DNA of 64,000 nucleotides from Pseudomonadota bacterium (GTDB lineage Bacteria > Pseudomonadota > Gammaproteobacteria > Burkholderiales > Burkholderiaceae_C), in NCBI GenBank assembly GCA_041172085.1, contig JBEDKQ010000002.1, positions 2,672 through 66,671 on the forward strand. The letters are read 5' to 3'. The notes beneath the pieces were generated by a model that ran no database searches, was not told where the DNA came from, and saw only the letters and a list, made by a program, of their open reading frames with translations. Both the position numbers and the translations under genes were made by a program. This document shows, in pieces, positions 54,296 to 64,000 of this stretch (positions are counted from its first letter, which is position 1; the number at the start of each line of letters is the position of its first letter).

Positions 54296-55129
54296 TCAGC
54301 CCAAACGGGCCACGCTGCGCAACACGTCTGCTGTCGTTGTCTTGAAGCCGAAGTATTCCAAATAGGCTGGAATTTGCTCAAACAACATGTCTGAGCCTAC
54401 TTGAACTCGGCATCCTCTTTTTTGTGCAGCCAGCAGGAATGACGTCATCTCTGTGCGCATGACCACTTCACCGACAAACGTATCGGGAGAAATTCTGGCA
54501 ACATCCATTGGCAAAGGATCACCCTCGTTCATGCCCATGGGTGTGGCGTTGACCACCAGATCATGCCCCTCAGGATCGTTGGAACCTGTGTGCACCTCGA
54601 TCTTAGGATACTCATGCTTGAGGCGCTGTGCCAAATCTTCACATGATTGCATGTTGACATCGAAGAGGCTGATGGCCTTGATATTTTCAGCCGCCAAAGA
54701 AGCTGCAATGGCCGAACCCACGCCACCGGTACCCACGACCAAAACGCGCTTGTCTGTCAGAACAAATCCTTTTCTTTGCACACCGCGCACAAAGCCTGCA
54801 CCGTCAAACATGTCACCGACCAAACGGCCGTTTTGATCCAATTTGACAGCGTTGCAGGCACCGGCCACTTTGACGGTGGGTGTGACCTCGTCTAGCAATG
54901 TCAAGGTTGTGACTTTGTGTGGCATGGTGATCAAGGCCCCACGAATGTTGGACAACTGGAAGACAGACTTTAAAAAAGCGGGGTAATGTTCAGCCTTGCA
55001 GCCCATGGGAACAACCAAGGCATTGATGCCCTCTTTTTCAAAGTAAGGGTTGTAAATCAATGGCGATTTAAAACTGTGCGTTGGATAGCCAATGTGGGCG
55101 ATCAACTCTGTGTTGCCGTCAATGTTCAT
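54296..55129 (-). CDS. Shikimate/quinate dehydrogenase family
   Basis: SFKSP, TMPHK, GACNA, DG.GF, GTGGVG, NATP.GM. Confidence 0.88.
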   Translation of the reverse strand: MNIDGNTELIAHIGYPTHSFKSPLIYNPYFEKEGINALVVPMGCKAEHYPAFLKSVFQLSNIRGALITMPHKVTTLTLLDEVTPTVKVAGACNAVKLDQNGRLVGDMFDGAGFVRGVQRKGFVLTDKRVLVVGTGGVGSAIAASLAAENIKAISLFDVNMQSCEDLAQRLKHEYPKIEVHTGSNDPEGHDLVVNATPMGMNEGDPLPMDVARISPDTFVGEVVMRTEMTSFLLAAQKRGCRVQVGSDMLFEQIPAYLEYFGFKTTTADVLRSVARLG

Positions 55130-55140
55130 GTTCTCAAAAT

Positions 55141-55178
55141 AAAAAAGCGAAGCCTTAAGACACGCTTAAAGGCTTCGC
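55141..55178 (-). terminator. Intra-operon terminator/stabilising hairpin after the TRAP binding-protein gene
   Basis: GCGAAGCCTT...AAGGCTTCGC followed by T6 on the minus strand. Confidence 0.7.
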
Positions 55179-55225
55179 GTTGTAGCGATGTCAAAGGCCT
55201 TGCGACAGACCCTGTTCATCTCAAG

Positions 55226-56221
55226 TTACTTGCGCAACTTGGCCAATTCAGCTTGCAACTCAGCCACGGTTGCAGCAATGGGTTCACCATGTTTTGCAAT
55301 TACGGGCTTCATTTTTTCACGCAAAGCAGTCATTTCGGCAGCTGGCAATGTGGTGATCTGCATGCCATTTTTCTTCAAGTTTTCGGTGATGCTGGCCACT
55401 TGGTTGCGAGACTGTGCGCGTTGAAATTTGACAGACTCTGCCAAGGCTTCTTCTATGATTTTCTTTTCTGCAGCAGACAAGGTGTCATAGAATTTTTTGC
55501 TGATCAGCACAGACTGTGGGTTGTACTGGTGGTTGGTCATGACCAAATGCTTTTGCACTTCGTACAACTTGGCGGAGTTGATGGTGGCAACTGGGTTTTC
55601 TTGTCCGTCAACCGCTTTTTGCTCCAAAGCTGCGTACAACTCTGGGAAAGGCAGCGGTGTGGGGTTGGCACCCAAAGCTTTGACCCAGTCCACGTTGATG
55701 GGGTTGGGAATGACGCGCAACTTCAAGCCTTCAATGTCAGCCAACTTGTTGATGGGGCGCTTGCCGTTCGACATGTTGCGAAAACCGAGTTCGTAGTAAC
55801 CCAAGCCCACAATGCCTTTTTCCAAAAGCTTGTCGTGCATTTTTTTACCGAAGGCCCCATCCACCACCGCATCGGCTTCTTTTTCATTCCCAAACATGAA
55901 GGGGAAGTCAAACACCGCAAAGTCTTTCACTTGGCTGGCCAAGATGCCGGAGTTCAATGAAACCATTTCCAAAGAACCGCCCTGCACTGCCGACACATTG
56001 GCTTGGTCGTTGCCCAAGGCGCCACCTGGGAAGACATTGACTTTGAGCTTTCCACCTGATTTGCTCTCAACCACTTCTTTGAATTTTTCCATGCCCAAAA
56101 TGATGGGATGGCCCGCCGAGTTTTGATTTGCAAACTTAATGGTTTTCTCTTGAGCAGAAGCCATGCCCATAGCAGCCAAGGCAAGCGTTGCCAAAACAGT
56201 CTTGATAAAAACACGTTTCAT
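55226..56221 (-). CDS. TRAP substrate-binding protein (DctP family)
   Basis: Signal peptide, GFRN, GLKLRV, ALEQKAVDGQENP. Confidence 0.92.
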   Translation of the reverse strand: MKRVFIKTVLATLALAAMGMASAQEKTIKFANQNSAGHPIILGMEKFKEVVESKSGGKLKVNVFPGGALGNDQANVSAVQGGSLEMVSLNSGILASQVKDFAVFDFPFMFGNEKEADAVVDGAFGKKMHDKLLEKGIVGLGYYELGFRNMSNGKRPINKLADIEGLKLRVIPNPINVDWVKALGANPTPLPFPELYAALEQKAVDGQENPVATINSAKLYEVQKHLVMTNHQYNPQSVLISKKFYDTLSAAEKKIIEEALAESVKFQRAQSRNQVASITENLKKNGMQITTLPAAEMTALREKMKPVIAKHGEPIAATVAELQAELAKLRK

Positions 56222-56308
56222 GTCAGTGTCTCCTGATGAAATGAATGGTCGTACGCCGAACAAGGATTCCACTGCCTGGCGTACCCGGACAGACTGTGGA
56301 AAGAAAAA

Positions 56309-57586
56309 TCAATAAAACCAACGCGCTGGCACCATCACCAAAGCTGGCCAAGCCACCATGGCAAACATGATGGCAAACTGCGCCACCATGAACGGCATCA
56401 CGCCACGGGTCACTTCGTCCATGCTGACTTTGCCAACGCCTGCAACGGCGTTGAGTACGGTCCCCACAGGCGGTGTGATCAAACCAATGGCATTGTTGAT
56501 GATGAACAAAACGCCAAAGTAAACAGGGTCGATGCCTGCCGCCTTGACCACCGGCATCAAGACGGGGGTCAACAGCAGAATGGTGGGTGTCATGTCCAAC
56601 GCGGTTCCGACAATCATTGTGATGATCATGATGGTTAGCATCAACAAACGAGGGCTGTCCAGCAAGGGTTGCAACAACGAAATTAATTCTGCTGGTAAAT
56701 TAGCAACTGTGATCAACCAAGCAGAAACCATTGCAGCAGCCACCAAGAACATCACAATGGCGCTGGTTTTAGCGGCCGAGACAAACAAAGGAAAGATCGA
56801 CTTGAAATTCAATTCCTTGTACACAAACAAAGAGATGAGCAGCGCATAAACCGCAGCAACCACGGCAGCCTCGGTGGGCGTGAACACACCGAACTTTAAG
56901 CCGAACACCACAATCAGTGGCAATACCAAGGCCCAAGTTGCCTCACGCATGGCAACACCAATTTCTGACATTGATTTGCGCGGTGGCACAGACACCACTT
57001 CACTGCGCGCAAGCCACCACCACGTGACCCATAAAGCAGCGCCCAACATGATGCCCGGCACAATGCCCGCCATGAAGAGCTTGGAAATGGACACGTTGCC
57101 AGCAACACCAAAAATGACGAAGCCAATGCTTGGCGGAATGACTGGGGCAATGATGCCTGCAGAAGCGATGAGGCCGGCAGAGCGTGCACGGTCATGTCCC
57201 GCCGCCACCATCATGGGCAAGAGCAAAGAGGCCAATGCGGCAGCATCTGCTACAGCCGAACCCGACAAAGCCGCCATGATGACAGCCGCCATGATGGTGA
57301 CATAGCCCAAGCCACCTTTGATGTGGCCCACACAGGCCATGGCGAAATTAACAATGCGGCGTGACAGCCCCCCCGCATTCATGATTTCACCCGCCAGCAT
57401 GAAAAATGGCACAGCCAGAAGCGGAAAACTGTTCGAACCTTCAATGAGGTTTTGGGCCAAGATTTGCGCGTCAAACATGTTGAGGTGAACCATCAAGGCC
57501 ACGCCACAAAGCAGCAAAGAAAACGCAATGGGCACCCCCAGTGCCATGGCACCCAGCAAAGAAAGAACGAATACAGCAATGGTCAT
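56309..57586 (-). CDS. TRAP large permease
   Basis: LAVPFFMLAG, SGSAVAD, IPPSI, ITPPVG. Confidence 0.92.
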   Translation of the reverse strand: MTIAVFVLSLLGAMALGVPIAFSLLLCGVALMVHLNMFDAQILAQNLIEGSNSFPLLAVPFFMLAGEIMNAGGLSRRIVNFAMACVGHIKGGLGYVTIMAAVIMAALSGSAVADAAALASLLLPMMVAAGHDRARSAGLIASAGIIAPVIPPSIGFVIFGVAGNVSISKLFMAGIVPGIMLGAALWVTWWWLARSEVVSVPPRKSMSEIGVAMREATWALVLPLIVVFGLKFGVFTPTEAAVVAAVYALLISLFVYKELNFKSIFPLFVSAAKTSAIVMFLVAAAMVSAWLITVANLPAELISLLQPLLDSPRLLMLTIMIITMIVGTALDMTPTILLLTPVLMPVVKAAGIDPVYFGVLFIINNAIGLITPPVGTVLNAVAGVGKVSMDEVTRGVMPFMVAQFAIMFAMVAWPALVMVPARWFY

Positions 57587-57608
57587 TGGAAAGTCTCTGT
57601 TGGATGGC

Positions 57609-58136
57609 TTAGCGTGATTCGCCGTGCGGTGTGTCTTCGGACTCTTGAAACATCACCAGTTCTTCATTCTTGGTTTGACCTGTGATCAATTTAAAAAAAT
57701 CAAGCGCGATCATCAAGCCGCCCAGTACCGCAAAAATGATGCCGGGAAAGTAAACCCAACTCAGCGACACTTCCATCACGGCGCTGGTACTTGTCCAGTT
57801 GATGACGGCCTGCTCGTAGGCACCTTTGTACAAAAGACCACAGACAAACAGCATGAGCAGTTGTGACACACCCATGCAGATTTTTTTGCCCACAGGACCC
57901 AGCCGCCCTACCAGCATGTCTGTGCCCAAATGCTCGTGAGAACGAAGGGCCACGATGGCGCCCATGAATGTCATCCAAACAAACAACCACCGACTGAGCT
58001 CTTCAGAAAGCGTGATGCCCGAATTGAAGCCGTAACGCAGGAATACATTGCCGAAGACCAAGACCACCATGCCAGCCATGCAAGCTGCAATGAGGTACTC
58101 GATACCTTTGCAAGTGATGTCGAAAAAACGGGTCAT
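57609..58136 (-). CDS. TRAP small permease
   Basis: NVFLRY, SEELSRWLFVW.TF.GA, HL..D. Confidence 0.9.
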   Translation of the reverse strand: MTRFFDITCKGIEYLIAACMAGMVVLVFGNVFLRYGFNSGITLSEELSRWLFVWMTFMGAIVALRSHEHLGTDMLVGRLGPVGKKICMGVSQLLMLFVCGLLYKGAYEQAVINWTSTSAVMEVSLSWVYFPGIIFAVLGGLMIALDFFKLITGQTKNEELVMFQESEDTPHGESR

Positions 58137-58276
58137 CTATGGATTCCTAGAACTTGAAGCACAAACCATAATGTACGAACTAGTTAGTTTTTAATGATCA
58201 GTAATAACCCTTAGGTTTCTAGCGCATGGCTGGCTACCTGTTATGCAAAATTGAAATAGCTGAATCCGTCCGTCTT

Positions 58277-58939
58277 TTAAAGACAAACGTAGCTCATGAG
58301 CATGTCCACCACTTGGGTTTTCTTCAAGGTCTGCGCTTTGCCTTGCGGTGTCTTGCCTTTGAAGATCAAACCAAACGTGTGCTGATTCGACACATTGAAA
58401 AAAGTCAGCGCAGAAATTGCGGAGTGAATTTCTAAGGGCGTGAGATTCTTTTTGAAGACGCCCTTCTTCAGACCCCGCGTGTACAAATCTTGGATGGTCT
58501 GCAATGCGGATCCGTTCAGTTTTTGAATTTCTTTGCTTTGGGCCAAATATTCACCACGCTGCACGTTCTCGCTCATGACCAATCGAATGAACTCTTCGTT
58601 GCTTTGGTGATGGTCGTAGGTGAATTCAACCAAACGCTTTAAGGCCTCTACTGGCTCTAGGTCGTTCAGGTGAAGGTCCGCTTCAATTTGTCGCATGCGG
58701 CCATAAGCGGCCTCAAGCACGGCCACATACAAGCCCTCTTTGCTACCGAAATAGTAGTAAATCATGCGCTTGCTGGTGCGTGTGGCGGCCGCGATTTCAT
58801 CAATTCGCGCCCCAGCAAGCCCCTTGCCAGCGAACTCCTGGGTCGCAACGTTCAAGATTTCGGACATGGTCCGCTCAGGATCGTTGGTTCGACTTGGGCT
58901 GCTGGTTTTGCGACGGGTTGAGGAAACAGGTGTCATCAT
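58277..58939 (-). CDS. TetR family regulator
   Basis: EFA.KGL.GARIDEIA..TSKRMIYYYFGSKEGLY. Confidence 0.92.
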   Translation of the reverse strand: MMTPVSSTRRKTSSPSRTNDPERTMSEILNVATQEFAGKGLAGARIDEIAAATRTSKRMIYYYFGSKEGLYVAVLEAAYGRMRQIEADLHLNDLEPVEALKRLVEFTYDHHQSNEEFIRLVMSENVQRGEYLAQSKEIQKLNGSALQTIQDLYTRGLKKGVFKKNLTPLEIHSAISALTFFNVSNQHTFGLIFKGKTPQGKAQTLKKTQVVDMLMSYVCL

Positions 58940-59033
58940 TTGATAAATGTACTACTTGGTTAATTATCAAATGAAAAGTGCGTCAAGGTCAACAGGCCAT
59001 CACCTTGGTCAAGTGATGGCCTTAGAAACGTCT

Positions 59034-59990
59034 TCAAGCGTTGAGTTGCAACTCCAATTGATGCAAAACTTTGTAACAAGGTAAAACCTGCGCAACGCTA
59101 GAGTTTGGCTCTCTGCCCTCTTTGATGGCGGCAAAGAACTCGCGGTCTTGCAACTCAATGCCGTTCATAGACACATCCACTTTTGAAACGTCGATTTGCT
59201 CTTCTTTGCCAGTGTACAAATCGTCATAACGGGCAAGGTATGTGCCTGTGTCACCGATGTAACGGAAATAGGTGCCCAGCGGCCCATCGTTGTTGAATGA
59301 CAAACTCAACGTACAAATGGCGCCGTTGGCCGCCTGCAACTGGATGCTCATGTCCATGGCAATGCCAAGGCTTGGGTGAATCGGCCCTTGAAGCGCATTG
59401 GCTTTGACAATGGGACTGCCCGCCTGGTAAGCAAACAGATCAACCGTGTGAGCTGCGTGGTGCCACAGCAAATGATCGGTCCAGCTGCGCGCTTGGCCCA
59501 GGGCATTCATGTTGGTGCGACGGAAGAAATAGGTCTGCACATCCATTTGCTGAATGTTAAATTCGCCCGCTTTGATTTTTTTGTTAACCCATTGGTGGCT
59601 GGGGTTGAAACGACGGGTGTGTCCGCACATGGCCACTTTGCCAGTTTCTTTGGCCAAGCGAACCACCTCTTCTGCGTCTGTCCAGCGATCGGCCAAAGGA
59701 ATCTCAACTTGCACATGTTTGCCTGCCTTCAGGCAAGCAATGGACTGCGCTGCGTGCATTTGCGTGGGCGTGCAAAGAATGACCGCATCTACTTCGGGCA
59801 ATGCCAAACTGTCAGCCAAGTCTGTGGTGACATGACCAATGCCGTACTTGTCGGCCACTTCTTTGGTTTTGGCAAATTCACGACCAATCAGTGACACCAC
59901 TTCAACGCCATCGATGTTCTTGATGCCATCCAGGTGTTTGATACCAAAAGCACCGGCACCGGCCAATGCAACCTTGATTGTTTTAGACAT
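59034..59990 (-). CDS. ligC: 4-carboxy-2-hydroxymuconate-6-semialdehyde dehydrogenase (LigC/PmdC)
   Basis: GAGAFG.KHL, TPTQMHA, VEIP, HTRRFNPSHQ, RSWTDHLLWHH; operon context. Confidence 0.9.
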   Translation of the reverse strand: MSKTIKVALAGAGAFGIKHLDGIKNIDGVEVVSLIGREFAKTKEVADKYGIGHVTTDLADSLALPEVDAVILCTPTQMHAAQSIACLKAGKHVQVEIPLADRWTDAEEVVRLAKETGKVAMCGHTRRFNPSHQWVNKKIKAGEFNIQQMDVQTYFFRRTNMNALGQARSWTDHLLWHHAAHTVDLFAYQAGSPIVKANALQGPIHPSLGIAMDMSIQLQAANGAICTLSLSFNNDGPLGTYFRYIGDTGTYLARYDDLYTGKEEQIDVSKVDVSMNGIELQDREFFAAIKEGREPNSSVAQVLPCYKVLHQLELQLNA

Positions 59991-60005
59991 GTTGTTTTCC
60001 TCAGT

Positions 60006-61317
<1,312 letters not shown>

Positions 61318-61318
<1 letters not shown>

Positions 61319-62247
61319 TAAATTTTCTCCTCTGGCCAATACAAACGCATGGGATTGTCAACCAACAGTTTCTTTTGTTTCTCTGGCGTGGTGGCAATGT
61401 GAGGAATGAAATCGACCAACAAGCCATCGTCAGGCATGTGCTTTTTCAGGTTGGGGTGCGGCCAATCGGTGCCCCACAATACGCGGTCAGGAAACTCGTC
61501 CACAATGGCTTTGGCAAATGGCACCACATCTTGGTATGCGTTTTGTTCGCCATTCAAGGCTGGTGCGCCCGTGACCGACAAGCGCTCTGGACAGGTCACT
61601 TTGCACCACACATTGTTGTGCTCGCGCATGAACTTCAAGAACAATTGGAATTGAGGCCCATTCACGGGCAACTTAACATCGGGGGTGCCCATGTGATCCA
61701 CCACCACGGTGGTGGGCAAACCTGTGAAGAAATCCCACAATTCGGGCAAATCGACGGCCTCGAAGTAAATCACCACGTGCCAACCCAGCTTGGCAATGCG
61801 ACCGGCAATTTCCATCAACTCCTCTTTGGGCGTGAAATCGACCAAGCGCTTCACAAAATTAAAGCGAACACCGCGAATGCCAGCATCATGCAAAGCTTGC
61901 AACTCTTCATCTGAAACGCTGCGTTTCACGCACCCCACACCCCTTGCTTTGCCACCTGAATTTATCAAGGCGTCGACTGTGGCGCGGTTGTCTGAGCCGT
62001 GGCAAGTTGCACCCACCACAATGTTGCGGGCAAAACCCAAATGATCACGCAGCGCATAAAGTTGCTGCTTAGAGGCATCACAGGGTGTGTATTTGCGCTC
62101 GGGTGCATAAGGGAATTCAGCGCCTGGGCCAAACACGTGGCAATGTGCATCGACAGCACCTTCAGGCAATTTGAATTTGGGTTTGCTAGGGCCAGAATAC
62201 CAGTCCAGCCAGCCAGGGGTCTTTTGAAATTCCATCACTTCTCTCAC
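61318..62247 (-). CDS. ligI: 2-pyrone-4,6-dicarboxylate hydrolase (LigI/PmdD)
   Basis: DAHCHVFGP, RGVRFNF, VDHMG, WGTDWPHPN; start may be 62235. Confidence 0.9.
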
Positions 62248-62282
62248 TCAGGTTAAAGACAAATTGTTGCAGCGGTTGAATC

Positions 62283-63137
62283 TCAGTCGCGCGCAGTACC
62301 GCGCAGTCCTGATCGGTGAATAGCCTTGCTTAAGTCACCATTGGACTCAAGCTCTTTGGCAAAATTTTGAATGTATGGGCGGGCCACATCGCGGCCTTTG
62401 GGAATGGCAATGGCCAAGTTTTCGAGGCCCCATCGGCCGTCTAAAACTCGGCTACCAGGCAAACCATCGGACATTTCAAACAAGATGCCTTTGTTGGTTG
62501 CAAATGCATCAATCTGTTTGGCGTTCAACATCGCTTGCGCCTTGGCCAATGAATCGGCAGGTATCACTTTGGCTTGCGTGTAGAGTTGCGTCAGCACACC
62601 TTGAGATGAACTGCCCTGGCTCACACCGACGCGAATGCCTGCTTGGTCGATTTCATTGACGGACTTGAGGGGGCTGCTGCCCACGACCAAATAGCCCAAT
62701 TCCAACTTCACCATAGGGGACGTAAAGTCCATGTCTTTCGCACGCACTGCTGTGGCATTGGTAAATGTGATGTCCACTTTTCCAACTTTCAGGGCGTCTA
62801 AAACTTGCGCAACGCGGTCAAACTCAACCACTTGAACCGGCACGTTCAAACGTTTTGCCAACGCTTTGCCCAGATCTAGCGCAATGCCCACACTCTCACC
62901 CGTCTTGGGATCTTTGACCCAAGATGTCGGACTGCCTGGGTAAACACCCACCCGCAACGTACCTGTTGGTGCAAGTGCCTGCCGAACTTCAACAGGCGCT
63001 GAAACAGCTTGTGCAACCGTTGATGAATCTGCATTGGCGTTTAAAAAAGCCAAGTTAGAACAACCCACCAATGCAGCACCTAGCAGGACGGCGAAGGACA
63101 AGCGACCCGCCCTGTAAAGTAGATGATTAGAAATCAC
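62283..63137 (-). CDS. Family-3-type ABC substrate-binding lipoprotein (orphan)
   Basis: Lipobox LVGC; LAPTGTLRVG, G.A.DLG, AIAIPKGR. Confidence 0.78.
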   Translation of the reverse strand: MISNHLLYRAGRLSFAVLLGAALVGCSNLAFLNANADSSTVAQAVSAPVEVRQALAPTGTLRVGVYPGSPTSWVKDPKTGESVGIALDLGKALAKRLNVPVQVVEFDRVAQVLDALKVGKVDITFTNATAVRAKDMDFTSPMVKLELGYLVVGSSPLKSVNEIDQAGIRVGVSQGSSSQGVLTQLYTQAKVIPADSLAKAQAMLNAKQIDAFATNKGILFEMSDGLPGSRVLDGRWGLENLAIAIPKGRDVARPYIQNFAKELESNGDLSKAIHRSGLRGTARD

Positions 63138-63192
63138 GTGAGACCCTGTTGAATGGTTGGTTGAAGGTGCACAAAAATACGTTGGGGCAGAC

Positions 63193-63876
63193 TCAATCGA
63201 TGTACTTCAAGCCTGCCTTGGCCAAAGGTTCGCGCATGTTGTACATGTCTAAGCCCAACACACCCGAAGCCAGTTTGGCGCGCTTCTCGCCTTCGTTGGC
63301 TTCGCGGGCTTCCGCTGCATCAGCCACTTTTTGAGCCCAAGCAGCGGGCACCACCACCACACCATCGTCATCCGCCACAATGGCATCGCCAGGGTTCACA
63401 TTGACGCCAGCACACACCACGGGAATGTTGACTGAGCCCAAGGTTGATTTGATCGTGCCCTTGGCACTGATGCCTTTGCTCCAGACAGGAAAGCCCATGG
63501 CCGTCAGTTCACGAACATCACGCACACCGGCATCAATCACCAAAGCCTTTGCGCCACGCGCCATGAAGGATGTGGCCAGCAAGTCGCCAAAGAAACCATC
63601 GCAGTTGTCTGCACTGATGGCCGCAACAACGATATCGCCAGGTTGAATTTGTTCTGCAACCACGTGCATCATCCAGTTGTCACCGGGGTGCAGCAACACA
63701 GTGACAGCTGTTCCAGACACAGGTACACCACTGTAAATGGGGCGCATGTACCGCTGCATCAAGCCAACACGTCCCATGGCTTCGTGAACAGTGGCCACAC
63801 CAAAACGGCCTAATTTTTCAACAGCTGATTTGTCTGCGCGAGAGATGTTGCGCTTCACAATTCCGAGTTCAGTCAT
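63193..63876 (-). CDS. ligK: 4-carboxy-4-hydroxy-2-oxoadipate aldolase (LigK/PmdF)
   Basis: [33 protein letters not shown]. Confidence 0.92.
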   Translation of the reverse strand: MTELGIVKRNISRADKSAVEKLGRFGVATVHEAMGRVGLMQRYMRPIYSGVPVSGTAVTVLLHPGDNWMMHVVAEQIQPGDIVVAAISADNCDGFFGDLLATSFMARGAKALVIDAGVRDVRELTAMGFPVWSKGISAKGTIKSTLGSVNIPVVCAGVNVNPGDAIVADDDGVVVVPAAWAQKVADAAEAREANEGEKRAKLASGVLGLDMYNMREPLAKAGLKYID

Positions 63877-63926
63877 CACAATTCCAATCAATTTTTTCAA
63901 AGATAAGGTGAATGGCCTTAAAGGCC

Positions 63927-64000
63927 TTACAAGCCTTTAGCCTTCAAGTGCGCATCTAAGCGAGGGAATACGCGGCGTGTGTTGCCTTCGTAAATTTTGT
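63927..64000 (-). CDS. ligJ: 3' end of 4-oxalomesaconate hydratase (LigJ/PmdE), truncated by window edge
   Basis: Reads [23 protein letters not shown]; position upstream of ligK fits the pmdEFDABC order. Confidence 0.7.
   Translation of the reverse strand, partial: KIYEGNTRRVFPRLDAHLKAKGL

Noticed and set aside
54986-55960. 324-aa plus-strand ORF
   Set aside because: Antisense shadow of the DctP-family gene

Overview
Core-genome segment of a betaproteobacterium (Comamonadaceae, Limnohabitans-like judging by gene content and synteny). I found no tRNA, rRNA, CRISPR array, IS element or prophage. It holds housekeeping loci (dgkA, glnB-nadE, ppa/hppA, moaA-mobA-moeA, an RND pump, rnhA-gloB-mltD, dnaX-ybaB-recR, SRP RNA, trxA-rho, rpmE2, dnaG-rpoD) and aromatic-catabolism modules (MarR/FAH/TRAP, paaZ, a TetR-TRAP-shikimate dehydrogenase-split QuiC-like unit, and the protocatechuate 4,5-cleavage genes). 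The most notable observations are: (1) a non-canonical soxXYZA unit whose SoxY ends in STACLDDS instead of GGCGG, with no soxB/CD nearby, converging on a Tat-signal IorAB-like molybdoenzyme; (2) a strongly self-complementary leader of hppA with a pseudoknot and two anti-SD segments, a candidate new riboswitch; (3) an A9 slippage site in dnaX; (4) a yybP-ykoY Mn riboswitch over terC and an unknown membrane-anchored protein; (5) two apparent deletions, at the nadE 5' end and at the flavoprotein 3' end abutting the SRP RNA, either of which may be an assembly artefact. All calls come from reading the sequence and recalling protein families; no database searches were run.
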